The notes: generated by a model not told the origin, from the sequence alone. 64,000 bases of DNA from an uncultured Ruminococcus sp. (GCA_964630695.1 CAZVYZ010000004.1:2787-66786), one strand, 5' to 3'; positions 1 through 8,700 are shown, numbered from the stretch's first letter. A program made the numbers and translations.

Positions 1-98
1 AGTGCAAGAAAAAGTGCGAAAAAACCAATAAAATCAAGGGTTTTGGGGAGTTTGCTGTGATCAGAACGATAGTTTTTCAAGACCGCCTCGTTATGACC
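1..98. repeat. Direct repeat, copy 1 (98 nt, identical to 393..490); cut by the left window edge
   Basis: Base-by-base comparison shows 1..98 equals 393..490 with no mismatch. Similarity continues with mismatches to 114/506. Confidence 0.9.
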
Positions 99-114
99 AC
101 TTCGATATCCCTCC
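75..114 (-). pseudogene. tRNA-Ser(UGA)-like 5' half (acceptor 5' strand to anticodon loop), copy 1
   Basis: The minus strand reads GGAGGGA-TA-TCG-AAGTGGTCATAA-CGA-G-GCGGT-CTTGAAA. The next bases (AACTA) cannot pair with GCGGT. No T arm or 3' acceptor strand follows. Confidence 0.55.
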
Positions 115-265
115 GTATATGAACTGCCGTTCGGCAGATTTCATCGGATATTCATTTTTTTTAGAAATATTTTTAGAAATGCTGTTTTCGGTTGCTTTCG
201 GAGTGCCCGAAAAGTCAGTGTTTACAAGGCTTTTCCGAGTTTTTGCGTCTGCATTGCTCGCAAAT

Positions 266-305
266 TTTCAAGACCACCTCGTTATGACCGCTTCGATAAC
301 CCTCC
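266..305 (-). pseudogene. tRNA-Ser(UGA)-like 5' half, copy 2 (diverged)
   Basis: The minus strand reads GGAGGGT-TA-TCG-AAGCGGTCATAA-CGA-G-GTGGT-CTTGAAA, followed by the unrelated sequence ATTTG. Confidence 0.5.
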
Positions 306-354
306 GTGTATCAAACTGACCGAAAAGTCAGCAAATACCGAAATATGAAATTAA

Positions 355-390
355 GAAAATTGCGAGAAAACTGCGAGATGCCCATCTCGC
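355..390 (-). terminator. Possible intrinsic terminator of the copy-3 transcript
   Basis: The minus-strand hairpin GCGAGATG-GG-CATCTCGC (390..373) is followed by AGTTTTCTCGCAATTTTCTT. The loop is very small, so this call is weak. Confidence 0.3.
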
Positions 391-392
391 AA

Positions 393-490
393 AGTGCAAG
401 AAAAAGTGCGAAAAAACCAATAAAATCAAGGGTTTTGGGGAGTTTGCTGTGATCAGAACGATAGTTTTTCAAGACCGCCTCGTTATGACC
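393..490. repeat. Direct repeat, copy 2 (98 nt, identical to 1..98)
   Basis: Same comparison, with an offset of 392 nt. Confidence 0.9.
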
Positions 491-506
491 GCTTCGATAC
501 CTCTCC
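467..506 (-). pseudogene. tRNA-Ser(UGA)-like 5' half, copy 3 (promoter-proximal)
   Basis: The minus strand reads GGAGAGG-TA-TCG-AAGCGGTCATAA-CGA-G-GCGGT-CTTGAAA, followed by AACTA. A promoter lies 13 nt upstream. Confidence 0.55.
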
Positions 507-519
507 TTCAAGCCTTATC

Positions 520-548
520 ATTGTACCATAAAAAGATTTTTTTGTCAA
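520..548 (-). promoter_or_regulatory. Sigma-70-type promoter reading into tRNA-half copy 3
   Basis: On the minus strand, TTGACA (548..543) is followed by a 17-nt spacer and TACAAT (525..520). The -10 element ends 13 nt before the tRNA-like 5' end at 506. Confidence 0.6.
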
Positions 549-611
549 CCCCTTTTTGCGATTTCCTGTCTCTACATCTTTGTTTTTTATCTCCGATTTT
601 TCTTTTTTCGA

Positions 612-628
612 TTTACAAAGGATTTACA
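612..628 (+). promoter_or_regulatory. Candidate Pho box (two TTTACA direct repeats, 11-bp period) upstream of pstS
   Basis: TTTACA occurs at 612..617 and 623..628, about 45 bp upstream of a TATAAT at 672..677. This resembles the Bacillus PhoP TT(A/T/C)ACA repeats. Confidence 0.45.
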
Positions 629-704
629 CACGCAAAACCTCAGTATGGTAGTTGCAGGCGCGGAAATCTGCTATAATGTGCTTGCAAAACAAAAAAAGGA
701 GTGA

Positions 705-1646
705 TTGAAAATGAAAAGAAAGTTTGCAAAAGTTCTGTCGGTTCTGTTGTCCGGTTTGGTGTTGCTGTCCGCGGTGTCCTGCGGGAAGAAAGAAAAAAAC
801 ATCACGGTTGTGATTCGTGAGCAGGGAAGCGGTACACGCGAGGCTTTTGACACGGTCGTCACGGATGGGACGCACTTTCTGGAAGAAAAGGTTGACGGCA
901 AAAAGGTTTACCGCTCGACGCAAAATGCGGTAACACAGACCAAAACGGGCTTGGTCCTTTCCTCGGTCGCATCCGACAAAAATGCAATCGGGTACATCTC
1001 CCTCGGTTCCGTTGACGATACCGTCAATACGGTGCGGGTCGGCGGTGTTGCGGCGAGCGAGGCAACGGTTCTGGACGGCTCGTATGCCATTCAGCGACCT
1101 TTCGTGGTCATGACCAAAAAGGGTGTGACGATGACTGCCCGCGCGGCGGATTTCATGGCGTATCTGCACAGCGACGCGGCGGAGGCACACGCCAAGGAGG
1201 CGGGGTGCATCTGGCTTTCAGACCCGTCCAAACGCGCCAACGCAGGTGCCGAGCCGATTGCCGTGACCGATTTTACCAAGCAGGCGTCGGTTCCCGCAGG
1301 AGATAAAATTGTGATTCGCGGGTCGACCTCCATGGAAAAGGTCATCAATGCGGCGGCAAAGGGGTATGCCGAGGTTTACGGTGCGAATGCGGAGGACCTG
1401 TTCGACATTGAATTGGAGGGGTCTTCGGTCGGGCGCAAGGCGGTTGAAAACGACACGACCGGAAACGTCATCGGACTTTCCTCCGCGTCGGTGGCGCAGG
1501 ATAACATCAACAGTTTCAACCTGTGTCTGGATGCGGTTGCGGTGATTGTCAACAAGGACAACACCGAGATTACCGACATGACTCTGGAGCAATTGTATGC
1601 AATCTTCTCGGGAAGTGTTACGAAATTCAGCGCGCTGAGCAAATAA
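705..1646 (+). CDS. pstS: Phosphate ABC transporter substrate-binding lipoprotein PstS
   Basis: A signal peptide carries the lipobox LSAVSC. GSGTREAF and AIGYISLG motifs are present, and the gene is first in the pst operon. Confidence 0.85.
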   Translation: MKMKRKFAKVLSVLLSGLVLLSAVSCGKKEKNITVVIREQGSGTREAFDTVVTDGTHFLEEKVDGKKVYRSTQNAVTQTKTGLVLSSVASDKNAIGYISLGSVDDTVNTVRVGGVAASEATVLDGSYAIQRPFVVMTKKGVTMTARAADFMAYLHSDAAEAHAKEAGCIWLSDPSKRANAGAEPIAVTDFTKQASVPAGDKIVIRGSTSMEKVINAAAKGYAEVYGANAEDLFDIELEGSSVGRKAVENDTTGNVIGLSSASVAQDNINSFNLCLDAVAVIVNKDNTEITDMTLEQLYAIFSGSVTKFSALSK

Positions 1647-1647
1647 T

Positions 1648-3417
1648 ATGACGGCAAAAACGAAAGAACGGCTCGGGCAGGGACTGTTCGCAACAGCGGC
1701 GGTCCTCTGCGTGATTGCGGTGGTTGCGATTTTCGCATTCCTGATTGTTCGGAGTGTTCCCGCTTTCCGAAAAATCGGTATCGGAAATCTGCTTTTCGGT
1801 CGGAACTGGTCGCCTGACCGTCTGGACACCTACGGAGAGCCGCTGTCAGGCAGTTACGGAATTCTGACAATGGTCGTGGGAACCTTTGCGGCAACGCTCG
1901 GTGCCATGATAATCGGCGGGATGATTGGATTCTTTACGGCGGTCTTTCTCGTGTTCTGGTGTCCGAAACGGTTGCGCGGACCGCTCGGAACGGTGATTGA
2001 CCTGCTTGCGGGGATTCCCTCGGTGGTCTACGGATTCTTCGGAATCGCGTTTCTGCTTCCGATTCTGTCAGGAATTGCACCGAACAACGGAAGCGGACTG
2101 CTTGCGGTATCCCTGATTCTCGGGATTATGGTCCTGCCGACCGTGGTATCGCTCTCGCGCGTGGCGCTGGAAGCGGTTCCGAGGTCCTACTACGAAGGCT
2201 CGGTGGCGCTCGGTGCAACGCACGCGGAGACGGTATTCCGCGTGATGGTTCCGGCGGCAAGGTCCGGAATCCTTGCGTCGTTGGTTCTCGGGACGGGACG
2301 TGCGATGGGAGAAACGATGGCGGTTGTGATGGTTGCGGGAAACGCTGCGGCATTCCCGCAGGGGCTGTTCTCCTCATTCCGCGTCCTGACCGCAAATATC
2401 GTCATGGAGATGGGATACGCAGGTGAGGTTCAGGAGGGCGCGCTGATTGCCACCGGCGCGGTGCTTCTGGTTCTGGTACTCGGAGTCAATCTGCTGTTCG
2501 GCGCGGTTTCGGGGAAAGCGGTCCGCAAACTGAGCACAAACGGCAGGGCAACCCGCCGGAAAATGCCGTGGATTTCGCCCAAACTCGGTCGTGGATTCGC
2601 AATCGGTGCGGGGGGACTGACCGCGTCGGCACTCGTGCTGATTCTCGGGTTCATTTCGGTAAAGGGCTTGCCGGTTCTGATTCGGGACCCCTCCATTCTG
2701 TATGGTCCGTTTGCGTTCGGAAGCACCGACATCACCGTCCTCCCCGCGCTGATAACCACACTGTGGGCAGTGGCAATCAGCCTTGCGGTTGCAATCCCCG
2801 TCGGAATCATGACAGCGATTTTCCTGCACGAGTATGCGGGTCGGGACTGCCTCGCGGTCCGTATCATCCGCGGTGCAATCAACCTGTTGGCAGGTGTTCC
2901 GTCCATCGTCTACGGACTGTTCGGAATGATGACCTTTGTGCCGCTGTTCGGCGGTTCTGGAAGCATCCTTGCGGGGTCCCTGACCGTTTCCATGATGCTG
3001 TTGCCGACCGTTGTGCGGACAACGGAGGAAAGTCTGCGGACGGTTCCGGACGCGTTGCGGGAGGGGAGCCTTGCGCTCGGTGCGGGAAAGTTGCGGACGG
3101 TCTGCCATGTGGTTCTGCCGTCCGCACTCCCCGGGATTCTTTCGGCAGTCATTCTGTCGATCGGACGGGTCCTCGGGGAATCGGCGCCGTTCCTGTATAC
3201 GATGGGGTCGGTTATCAAAGCGATTCCGCACGGACCGCGTGACAGCGGCGCAACGCTTGCGGTGGCGTTGTATCAACTCTCGGGAGAGGGCTGGTATCTG
3301 GACGAAGCCTATGCAACCGCGGTCATTCTCGTTGCGTTGGTACTGATATTGAATCTCGCGGCGCGGAAGTGCGCGGCGGGACTCGGAAAGAAACAAAGAG
3401 GGGAATCTTATGGTTGA
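1648..3417 (+). CDS. Fused phosphate ABC permease PstC-PstA (589 aa)
   Basis: One ORF carries two permease EAA-type loops: [26 protein letters not shown] and [26 protein letters not shown]. It lies between pstS and pstB. Confidence 0.85.
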   Translation: MTAKTKERLGQGLFATAAVLCVIAVVAIFAFLIVRSVPAFRKIGIGNLLFGRNWSPDRLDTYGEPLSGSYGILTMVVGTFAATLGAMIIGGMIGFFTAVFLVFWCPKRLRGPLGTVIDLLAGIPSVVYGFFGIAFLLPILSGIAPNNGSGLLAVSLILGIMVLPTVVSLSRVALEAVPRSYYEGSVALGATHAETVFRVMVPAARSGILASLVLGTGRAMGETMAVVMVAGNAAAFPQGLFSSFRVLTANIVMEMGYAGEVQEGALIATGAVLLVLVLGVNLLFGAVSGKAVRKLSTNGRATRRKMPWISPKLGRGFAIGAGGLTASALVLILGFISVKGLPVLIRDPSILYGPFAFGSTDITVLPALITTLWAVAISLAVAIPVGIMTAIFLHEYAGRDCLAVRIIRGAINLLAGVPSIVYGLFGMMTFVPLFGGSGSILAGSLTVSMMLLPTVVRTTEESLRTVPDALREGSLALGAGKLRTVCHVVLPSALPGILSAVILSIGRVLGESAPFLYTMGSVIKAIPHGPRDSGATLAVALYQLSGEGWYLDEAYATAVILVALVLILNLAARKCAAGLGKKQRGESYG

Positions 3418-4225
3418 AGCAAAACGGCTTGTATGGAGAAGAGAGACAATTCGGGAAACAGAGGAAACCGTGGTCGGGCAGGACATTTCGGTCAGCGACG
3501 CGAACTTGTGGTACGGTAACTTTCAGGCGCTCCGCAGAGTCAGCATTGAAATTCCGGAGCGCAGTGTGACCGCGCTGATTGGTCCGTCGGGGTGCGGCAA
3601 GTCAACTTTTCTCAGGTGCCTGAACCGCATGAACGACCTCATGCCGAACTGTCGGACTGAGGGGCATTTTCTGGTCGGCGGGACCGATATTTACGGGCGG
3701 GTCGACCTGAATGCCCTGCGCCGTCGGGTCGGGATGGTATTCCAGAAGCCGAACCCGTTCCCGATGAGCGTATATGACAACGTTGCATACGGACCGAGGA
3801 CCGTCGGCATCCGCCGTCGGGCGGAATTGGACGAAATCGTGGAACGCTCCCTGCGGGCGGCGGCAATGTGGGAGGAAACGCGCGACTGCCTCGGGAAATC
3901 GGCACTCGGACTGTCGGGCGGGCAACAGCAACGGCTTTGCATCGCGCGGGCATTGGCGGTCAAACCGCAGATTCTGCTGATGGATGAACCGACCGCCGCT
4001 CTGGACCCGATTTCAACCGGAAAGATTGAGGAACTGTGCCGGGAATTGCGGAAAACCACAACCATTGTAATGGTTACACACAACATGCAACAGGCAACGC
4101 GTATCTCGGATTATACGGGTTTCTTCCTTTTGGGAGAGTTGATTGAAACGGGGACAACGGACCGGATTTTTCACGCTCCCACCGACCCGAGGACCGAGCG
4201 ATATGTAACGGGTAGTTTCGGCTGA
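3410..4225 (+). CDS. pstB: Phosphate ABC transporter ATP-binding protein PstB
   Basis: Walker [10 protein letters not shown], signature LSGGQQQR and Walker B LLMDEP are present. The start overlaps the permease stop (ATGGTTGA). The N-terminus is about 20 aa longer than usual, so the start is uncertain. Confidence 0.9.
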   Translation: MVEAKRLVWRRETIRETEETVVGQDISVSDANLWYGNFQALRRVSIEIPERSVTALIGPSGCGKSTFLRCLNRMNDLMPNCRTEGHFLVGGTDIYGRVDLNALRRRVGMVFQKPNPFPMSVYDNVAYGPRTVGIRRRAELDEIVERSLRAAAMWEETRDCLGKSALGLSGGQQQRLCIARALAVKPQILLMDEPTAALDPISTGKIEELCRELRKTTTIVMVTHNMQQATRISDYTGFFLLGELIETGTTDRIFHAPTDPRTERYVTGSFG

Positions 4226-4232
4226 AAAAACT

Positions 4233-4286
4233 CTTGCAAATTCATCCGAAGTATGACTTGCAAATTCATCCGAAGTATGATATAAT
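4233..4286 (+). promoter_or_regulatory. Tandem 24-bp direct repeat plus a promoter for the response-regulator/kinase pair
   Basis: CTTGCAAATTCATCCGAAGTATGA occurs at 4233..4256 and again at 4257..4280. The second copy supplies TTGCAA (4258..4263), a 17-nt spacer and TATAAT (4281..4286). Confidence 0.6.
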
Positions 4287-4319
4287 AGCGTTAGAATAAT
4301 GCGAGCGGGGAGAGACGGA

Positions 4320-4994
4320 ATGAATAAGAAAATGATTTACGCGGTTGAGGATGACGAGGGAATCGGCGAGGTCTATCGCGGTGCGTTTGAGGAGGACTAC
4401 GATATTCGCCTGTTTGAGGACGGTCCCTCTTTTCTGGACGCGTTTCGCGCAGAAAAACCGGACATCGTAATTCTCGACATCATGCTTCCCGACATGGACG
4501 GCTACACGGTCCTGTCGGAAATCCGAAAACTCGACGAGCGGATTCCGGTTATCATCGTCAGTGCCAAGTCGGATGAAATCAGTTTTGTCAAAGGGCTGAA
4601 CAAGGGGGCGGACGACTATATTGCCAAACCGTTTTCCATTCTGGAACTGATGGCGCGGGTGAAAACCAACCTGCGGCGAGCCAACCTGTATGTTTCCGCA
4701 TCGGGTGGCTTTTCGGTCGACCGCAACACCTACCGCGCGTTTTATAACGGAAAAGACCTCGGGCTGACGCTCAAGGAGTACAAACTGCTTGCGCTTCTGC
4801 TCGGTCAGGCAGGTGTGACGATTGAACGGGATACGCTGTTCCGCTCGGTTTGGGGCGAGGACTATGTCGGGGAGACGCGCACGCTGGACATGCACATTGC
4901 AACATTGCGCGAGAAAATCAAGGAAGCGGGCGGCTATGACGCCATCGTGACGGTGAGAGGCATCGGCTACCGCTTTGAAACGAAACCGGAATGA
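4320..4994 (+). CDS. OmpR/PhoB-family response regulator
   Basis: The receiver domain shows DDE...D(ILDIMLPDMDG)...K, and a winged-helix C-terminus shows VRGIGYRF. The start was chosen at MNKKMIYAV because it follows a GGGGAGAG ribosome-binding site. The ORF opens at 4299. Confidence 0.85.
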   Translation: MNKKMIYAVEDDEGIGEVYRGAFEEDYDIRLFEDGPSFLDAFRAEKPDIVILDIMLPDMDGYTVLSEIRKLDERIPVIIVSAKSDEISFVKGLNKGADDYIAKPFSILELMARVKTNLRRANLYVSASGGFSVDRNTYRAFYNGKDLGLTLKEYKLLALLLGQAGVTIERDTLFRSVWGEDYVGETRTLDMHIATLREKIKEAGGYDAIVTVRGIGYRFETKPE

Positions 4995-6688
4995 GAAAAC
5001 GTATTTTTATCCGAATCCTGCTGCTGTCGCTGTTCTGCGTATTCACGGTGTTCGGCGCGGGCGCGATTGCGGTACGAAAAAGCGGAGATACCGCGGCGCG
5101 GGAGCGTTTACGGGCGGAGGTCGGTTTGCTGACAACGCTTTTGCGGACCGATACCGATTTTGAGGACGTAAAAGCATACGAAACGGATGGCACACTGCGC
5201 GTGACGTTGTTCCGTGCGGACGGAACGGTGCTGTTTGACAGCGGTCCCGCCGATGCGGACGAACAATTTGACGCGTGTGCCGAAATTTCGGCGGCATTGG
5301 CGGGTGAGCCGACGGTCACAAGCCGGTATTCGCAAGCCGCTGGAGCAGAGATGCTTTGCTATGCGGAAACGGTGGAGGCAGCAGAGGCAGGAGGCGGTGA
5401 CCGTTTGGTCATTCGCGTGATGTCACCGGAGCGGGAACGGACCGCGTTCGTTCGTGCGGCAGTCCCGTTTCTGATTGCGGCGGTGTTGGCGTCGCTTGCG
5501 CTGTCGGCAGTCTTTGCGGGCAGGATGTCAAAAGGATTTTCCGAACGGATCGAGGGCGTGGCGGAAAGCCTGCGGGCATTGGAAAACGGGGAATACAAAC
5601 CGATTGTCCCCGACCGACGGGAACCGGAATATGACTCGGTCATCTGGGAAATCAACGAACTGAACAAAAAGACCTACGCCATCATGCAGGCGCAGGTCGG
5701 AGAGCGCGAAAAACTGGCAACGGTACTTGACATCGTTGCACAGGGGATTGTCGCGCTGGATTCGGCGTTCCGCGTGGTATTCGCAAACCGAAGCGCGCTG
5801 AAACTGTTCGGCGGAGATGAGAAGAACATCGGCGCGGGGCTGTTTGGGCTGATTGAAGATGACGGGTTGTGCCGTCGGATTCATGAGTACGCAGGCGGCG
5901 GCAGTTTTGAATACCGCTATGGGGAACGCCAACTTGTGGTGACCCTGCGTGCCATTACAGACCACGCACTGGCACGGGAGATTGCGCAAATCGTGATTGT
6001 AACTGACGTAACCGACGCGCGGGATATTGCCAAAGAAAAGAGCGACTTCTTTGCCAACGCGTCACACGAACTGAAAACGCCGATTACCGTAACTTTGGGA
6101 CTCTCCGAATTGATTCTTGCCAAAGACGGTGTGGATGAGGGCATCCGCGCACAGGTAGAGCGGATTCACAAGGAAGCGTCCCGCATGTCCGAACTGATTA
6201 CCGATATGCTCCGTCTCTCACGGCTCGAACAGCACGGAGAGATTAAGCGGGAACCGGTCAATCTGCGCGCGATTGCGGACGAGGTGATAGCGGAACTGAA
6301 TCCGCGCATTGCCGAAAAGGGGCTGACCGTTGCGGTTTCCGGTGAGGGGACGGTTCATGCGGCACCCGAGCGGATTTACGAACTGCTGACCAACCTTTGC
6401 TCCAACGCGGTAAACTACAACGTGGACGGCGGGCATCTGGAAGTCGCGATTGCGGAACGGGACGGACACACGGTCCTGACGGTCCGCGATACCGGAATCG
6501 GAATTCCGAAAGAACACCTGTCCCGCGTTTGCGAGCGGTTCTATCGTGTGGATAAGTCCCGCTCCAAAAAGACCGGCGGAACCGGATTGGGGCTTGCCAT
6601 TGTCAAGCACATCTGCGTTCTCTACGGCGCGGAACTGAAGATTGAAAGCGTCGTCGGACAGGGAACTGTCGTAACGGTAACATTCTGA
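4991..6688 (+). CDS. PhoR-like sensor histidine kinase
   Basis: The protein has an N-terminal transmembrane segment, a second transmembrane segment, the H-box FFANASHELKTPIT, and HATPase N/G boxes (NAVNYN, DTGIGI, GGTGLGLAI). The start overlaps the response-regulator stop (ATGA). Confidence 0.85.
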   Translation: MRKRIFIRILLLSLFCVFTVFGAGAIAVRKSGDTAARERLRAEVGLLTTLLRTDTDFEDVKAYETDGTLRVTLFRADGTVLFDSGPADADEQFDACAEISAALAGEPTVTSRYSQAAGAEMLCYAETVEAAEAGGGDRLVIRVMSPERERTAFVRAAVPFLIAAVLASLALSAVFAGRMSKGFSERIEGVAESLRALENGEYKPIVPDRREPEYDSVIWEINELNKKTYAIMQAQVGEREKLATVLDIVAQGIVALDSAFRVVFANRSALKLFGGDEKNIGAGLFGLIEDDGLCRRIHEYAGGGSFEYRYGERQLVVTLRAITDHALAREIAQIVIVTDVTDARDIAKEKSDFFANASHELKTPITVTLGLSELILAKDGVDEGIRAQVERIHKEASRMSELITDMLRLSRLEQHGEIKREPVNLRAIADEVIAELNPRIAEKGLTVAVSGEGTVHAAPERIYELLTNLCSNAVNYNVDGGHLEVAIAERDGHTVLTVRDTGIGIPKEHLSRVCERFYRVDKSRSKKTGGTGLGLAIVKHICVLYGAELKIESVVGQGTVVTVTF

Positions 6689-6696
6689 AATCAAAA

Positions 6697-6731
6697 AAGG
6701 ACAACGCCGCAAAACGCGACGTTGCCTTTTT
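6697..6731. terminator. Bidirectional hairpin terminator between the kinase gene and the convergent small ORF
   Basis: GGACAACG...CGTTGCC forms a stem with an A-run on the left and a T-run on the right. Confidence 0.5.
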
Positions 6732-7021
6732 TATTTCGTCTTTTTTTCACGCTTTTCCCACCATCTTTTCAGGGCGAGCGTTATCGCGATACAGAGCGGG
6801 AAGAACGGGGTAAAGGGTCCTGCCCAGAAAACCAGAACCGCCGTTGCCATAACCGCCGCCCAGTTCCAACCGAAAATCAGTTTCAGAAGATACCCGACCC
6901 AAACGGGGGAGTAGGCAACGGCTATTACGGCAAGCAACAGTACAACCGTCCGCCAATCGCGGCATTCGCCCCATATCCAACGGAAAAAGGCTGCGACCTT
7001 TTTGCGGAGTTTGGAAAACAT
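6731..7021 (-). CDS. Small hydrophobic membrane protein (96 aa), function unknown
   Basis: Two or three predicted transmembrane stretches are present. The start ATG overlaps the glnS stop by 1 nt (TGATG), which suggests translational coupling. Confidence 0.5.
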   Translation of the reverse strand: MFSKLRKKVAAFFRWIWGECRDWRTVVLLLAVIAVAYSPVWVGYLLKLIFGWNWAAVMATAVLVFWAGPFTPFFPLCIAITLALKRWWEKREKKTK

Positions 7022-8688
7022 CAGCCTTTCGGGAAACTGTCTTTCAAGCCGACCGCGCGGTTGAACGTGTGCGGATTCTTCGTATCGGCGCAGAAGTAGC
7101 CGAACCGCACGAACTGGAATTTCTCGCCGGCTTTTGCATCCGCCAATGCCGGCTCCGCTTTTGCATGCTTCACCTCGATCAACGACTCGGGGTTGATGAA
7201 ATCGGTGTATTCCTTGTCATCCGGTTTGTCGGCAGGGTTCTCCAGTGTAATCAGATTGTTGTAAAGATGCAGGGTGATATCCTGTGCGTGCGGCGCAGAG
7301 AGCCAGTGAATGGTTCCTTTGACCTTTCTGCCATCCGCAGGGTTGCCGTTTCCGGTTTCCAAATCCGCCGTGCAACGCAACTCGGCAATGTTGCCGTCCG
7401 CGTCATGCACAACTTCGTTGCATTTCACAATATAGGACCCCATCAGACGGACCTCGCCGCCCTCTTTCATGCGGAAGAACTTGGGCGGGGGAACCTCGGC
7501 AAAATCGCTTGCATCAATATACAGTTCCCGCGTGAACGGCACTTTGCGGGTCCCCGCATTCTCGTCTTGTGGATTATTGGGCAGGTCAAAATACTCGGTT
7601 TTATCTGCGGGATAGTTGGTAATCACCACGCGCAGCGGTTTCTCAATCGCGATACGGCGGGGTGCGGTGCGGTTCAGTTCGTCGCGCAGGCAAGCCTCCA
7701 GTTGCCGGATGTCAACCAACGAGCCTGCTTTCGATACGCCCGTGCGGTTGATGAAATCCAGAATCGACTGCGGGGTATAGCCGCGTCGCCGCATTCCGCA
7801 AAGCGTGGGCATACGCGGGTCGTCCCAACCGTCCACAATACCGGTTTCGACCATCGACCGCAGGAAACGCTTGGACAGGACCGTGTAGGTGATGTTCAGC
7901 CGCGCAAACTCAATCTGGCGCGGGAAGCCTGCGGGATTGCCCTCGATTTCCACATTGTCGCGGACCCAGTTGTAAAGCGGGCGGTGAATCTCGAACTCCA
8001 GCGAGCAGAGGGAGTGCGTGATGCCCTCCAGCGCGTCCTGAATCGGGTGCGCGAAATCGTACATCGGGTAGATGCACCATTTGTTGCCCTGACGGTGATG
8101 CTCCGCGTACTTGATGCGGTAGATTACAGGGTCACGCATGCAGAAGTTGCCCGACGCCAAGTCAATCTTGGCGCGCAGGGTGTACTTGCCCTCGGGAAAT
8201 TCGCCGTTCTTCATGCGTTCAAACAGGTCAAGGCTCTCTGCAATCGGTCTGTCACGCCACGGGGAGACTGCGGGGTGCGTCAGGTCACCGCTGTATTTCG
8301 GGTCGCGGAATTCCTCCGCCGACAACTCACAGACGTAGGCAAGCCCTTTTTTGATGAGTCCGACCGCCAGTTCGTAATCCTTTTCAAAGTAGTCCGAACC
8401 GTAGAAGAAGCGGTCGCCCCAATCGAAACCGAGCCAGTGTATGTCCTCTTTGATGGCATCGACATACTCGGTGTCCTCCTTGGCGGGGTTGGTGTCGTCC
8501 ATGCGCAGGTTGCAGACCCCACCGTACTTGCGCGCGGTCCCGAAGTCCACACACAGCGCCTTGCAGTGACCGATGTGCAAATATCCGTTCGGCTCGGGTG
8601 GGAAGCGCGTATGCACTTTCATATCGGGATGCGCTTTCAAATCTTCGTCGATAAAGTCCTGTATAAAATTCTTTTCCAATTCTTCCAT
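7021..8688 (-). CDS. glnS: Glutaminyl-tRNA synthetase
   Basis: The HIGH motif (PNGYLHIGH), a KMSKS-type VLSKR motif and a length of 555 aa fit. Overall sequence is GlnRS-like (RFPPEPNGYLHIGHCKA). Confidence 0.9.
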   Translation of the reverse strand: MEELEKNFIQDFIDEDLKAHPDMKVHTRFPPEPNGYLHIGHCKALCVDFGTARKYGGVCNLRMDDTNPAKEDTEYVDAIKEDIHWLGFDWGDRFFYGSDYFEKDYELAVGLIKKGLAYVCELSAEEFRDPKYSGDLTHPAVSPWRDRPIAESLDLFERMKNGEFPEGKYTLRAKIDLASGNFCMRDPVIYRIKYAEHHRQGNKWCIYPMYDFAHPIQDALEGITHSLCSLEFEIHRPLYNWVRDNVEIEGNPAGFPRQIEFARLNITYTVLSKRFLRSMVETGIVDGWDDPRMPTLCGMRRRGYTPQSILDFINRTGVSKAGSLVDIRQLEACLRDELNRTAPRRIAIEKPLRVVITNYPADKTEYFDLPNNPQDENAGTRKVPFTRELYIDASDFAEVPPPKFFRMKEGGEVRLMGSYIVKCNEVVHDADGNIAELRCTADLETGNGNPADGRKVKGTIHWLSAPHAQDITLHLYNNLITLENPADKPDDKEYTDFINPESLIEVKHAKAEPALADAKAGEKFQFVRFGYFCADTKNPHTFNRAVGLKDSFPKG

Positions 8689-8700
8689 AGCGGTAAAACC

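Noticed and set aside
38-53. A GGTTTTGGGGAGT motif is shared between the left-end repeats (38..53 and 430..445) and the GRE spacer (GGTTTGGGGAGT, 63175..63186).
   Set aside because: The match is only about 12 nt with an indel, and the flanks are unrelated. It is most likely chance.
75-506. A bacterial tRNA interrupted by a group I intron in the anticodon loop.
   Set aside because: No 3' exon follows any copy in the visible sequence: there is no anticodon-stem 3' strand, T arm or acceptor 3' strand. The break is after loop position 38, not at the usual intron sites. The idea cannot be fully excluded for copy 1, because the window ends.
1-510. The ~40-nt conserved block recurring every ~195 nt looked like a possible CRISPR array. 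Its reverse complement ends in CTTGAAAAC, resembling some repeat termini.
   Set aside because: The intervening segments are about 150 nt, far longer than spacers. Two of them are identical to each other. Only three copies are present, with diverged ends, and there are no cas genes. The block is better explained as a tRNA-Ser-like 5' half.
3410-3417. An identical ATGGTTGA stop/start overlap occurs at pstCA/pstB and at rex/adhE (28600..28607).
   Set aside because: This is an 8-nt coincidence of a common overlap type and is not evidence of shared origin.
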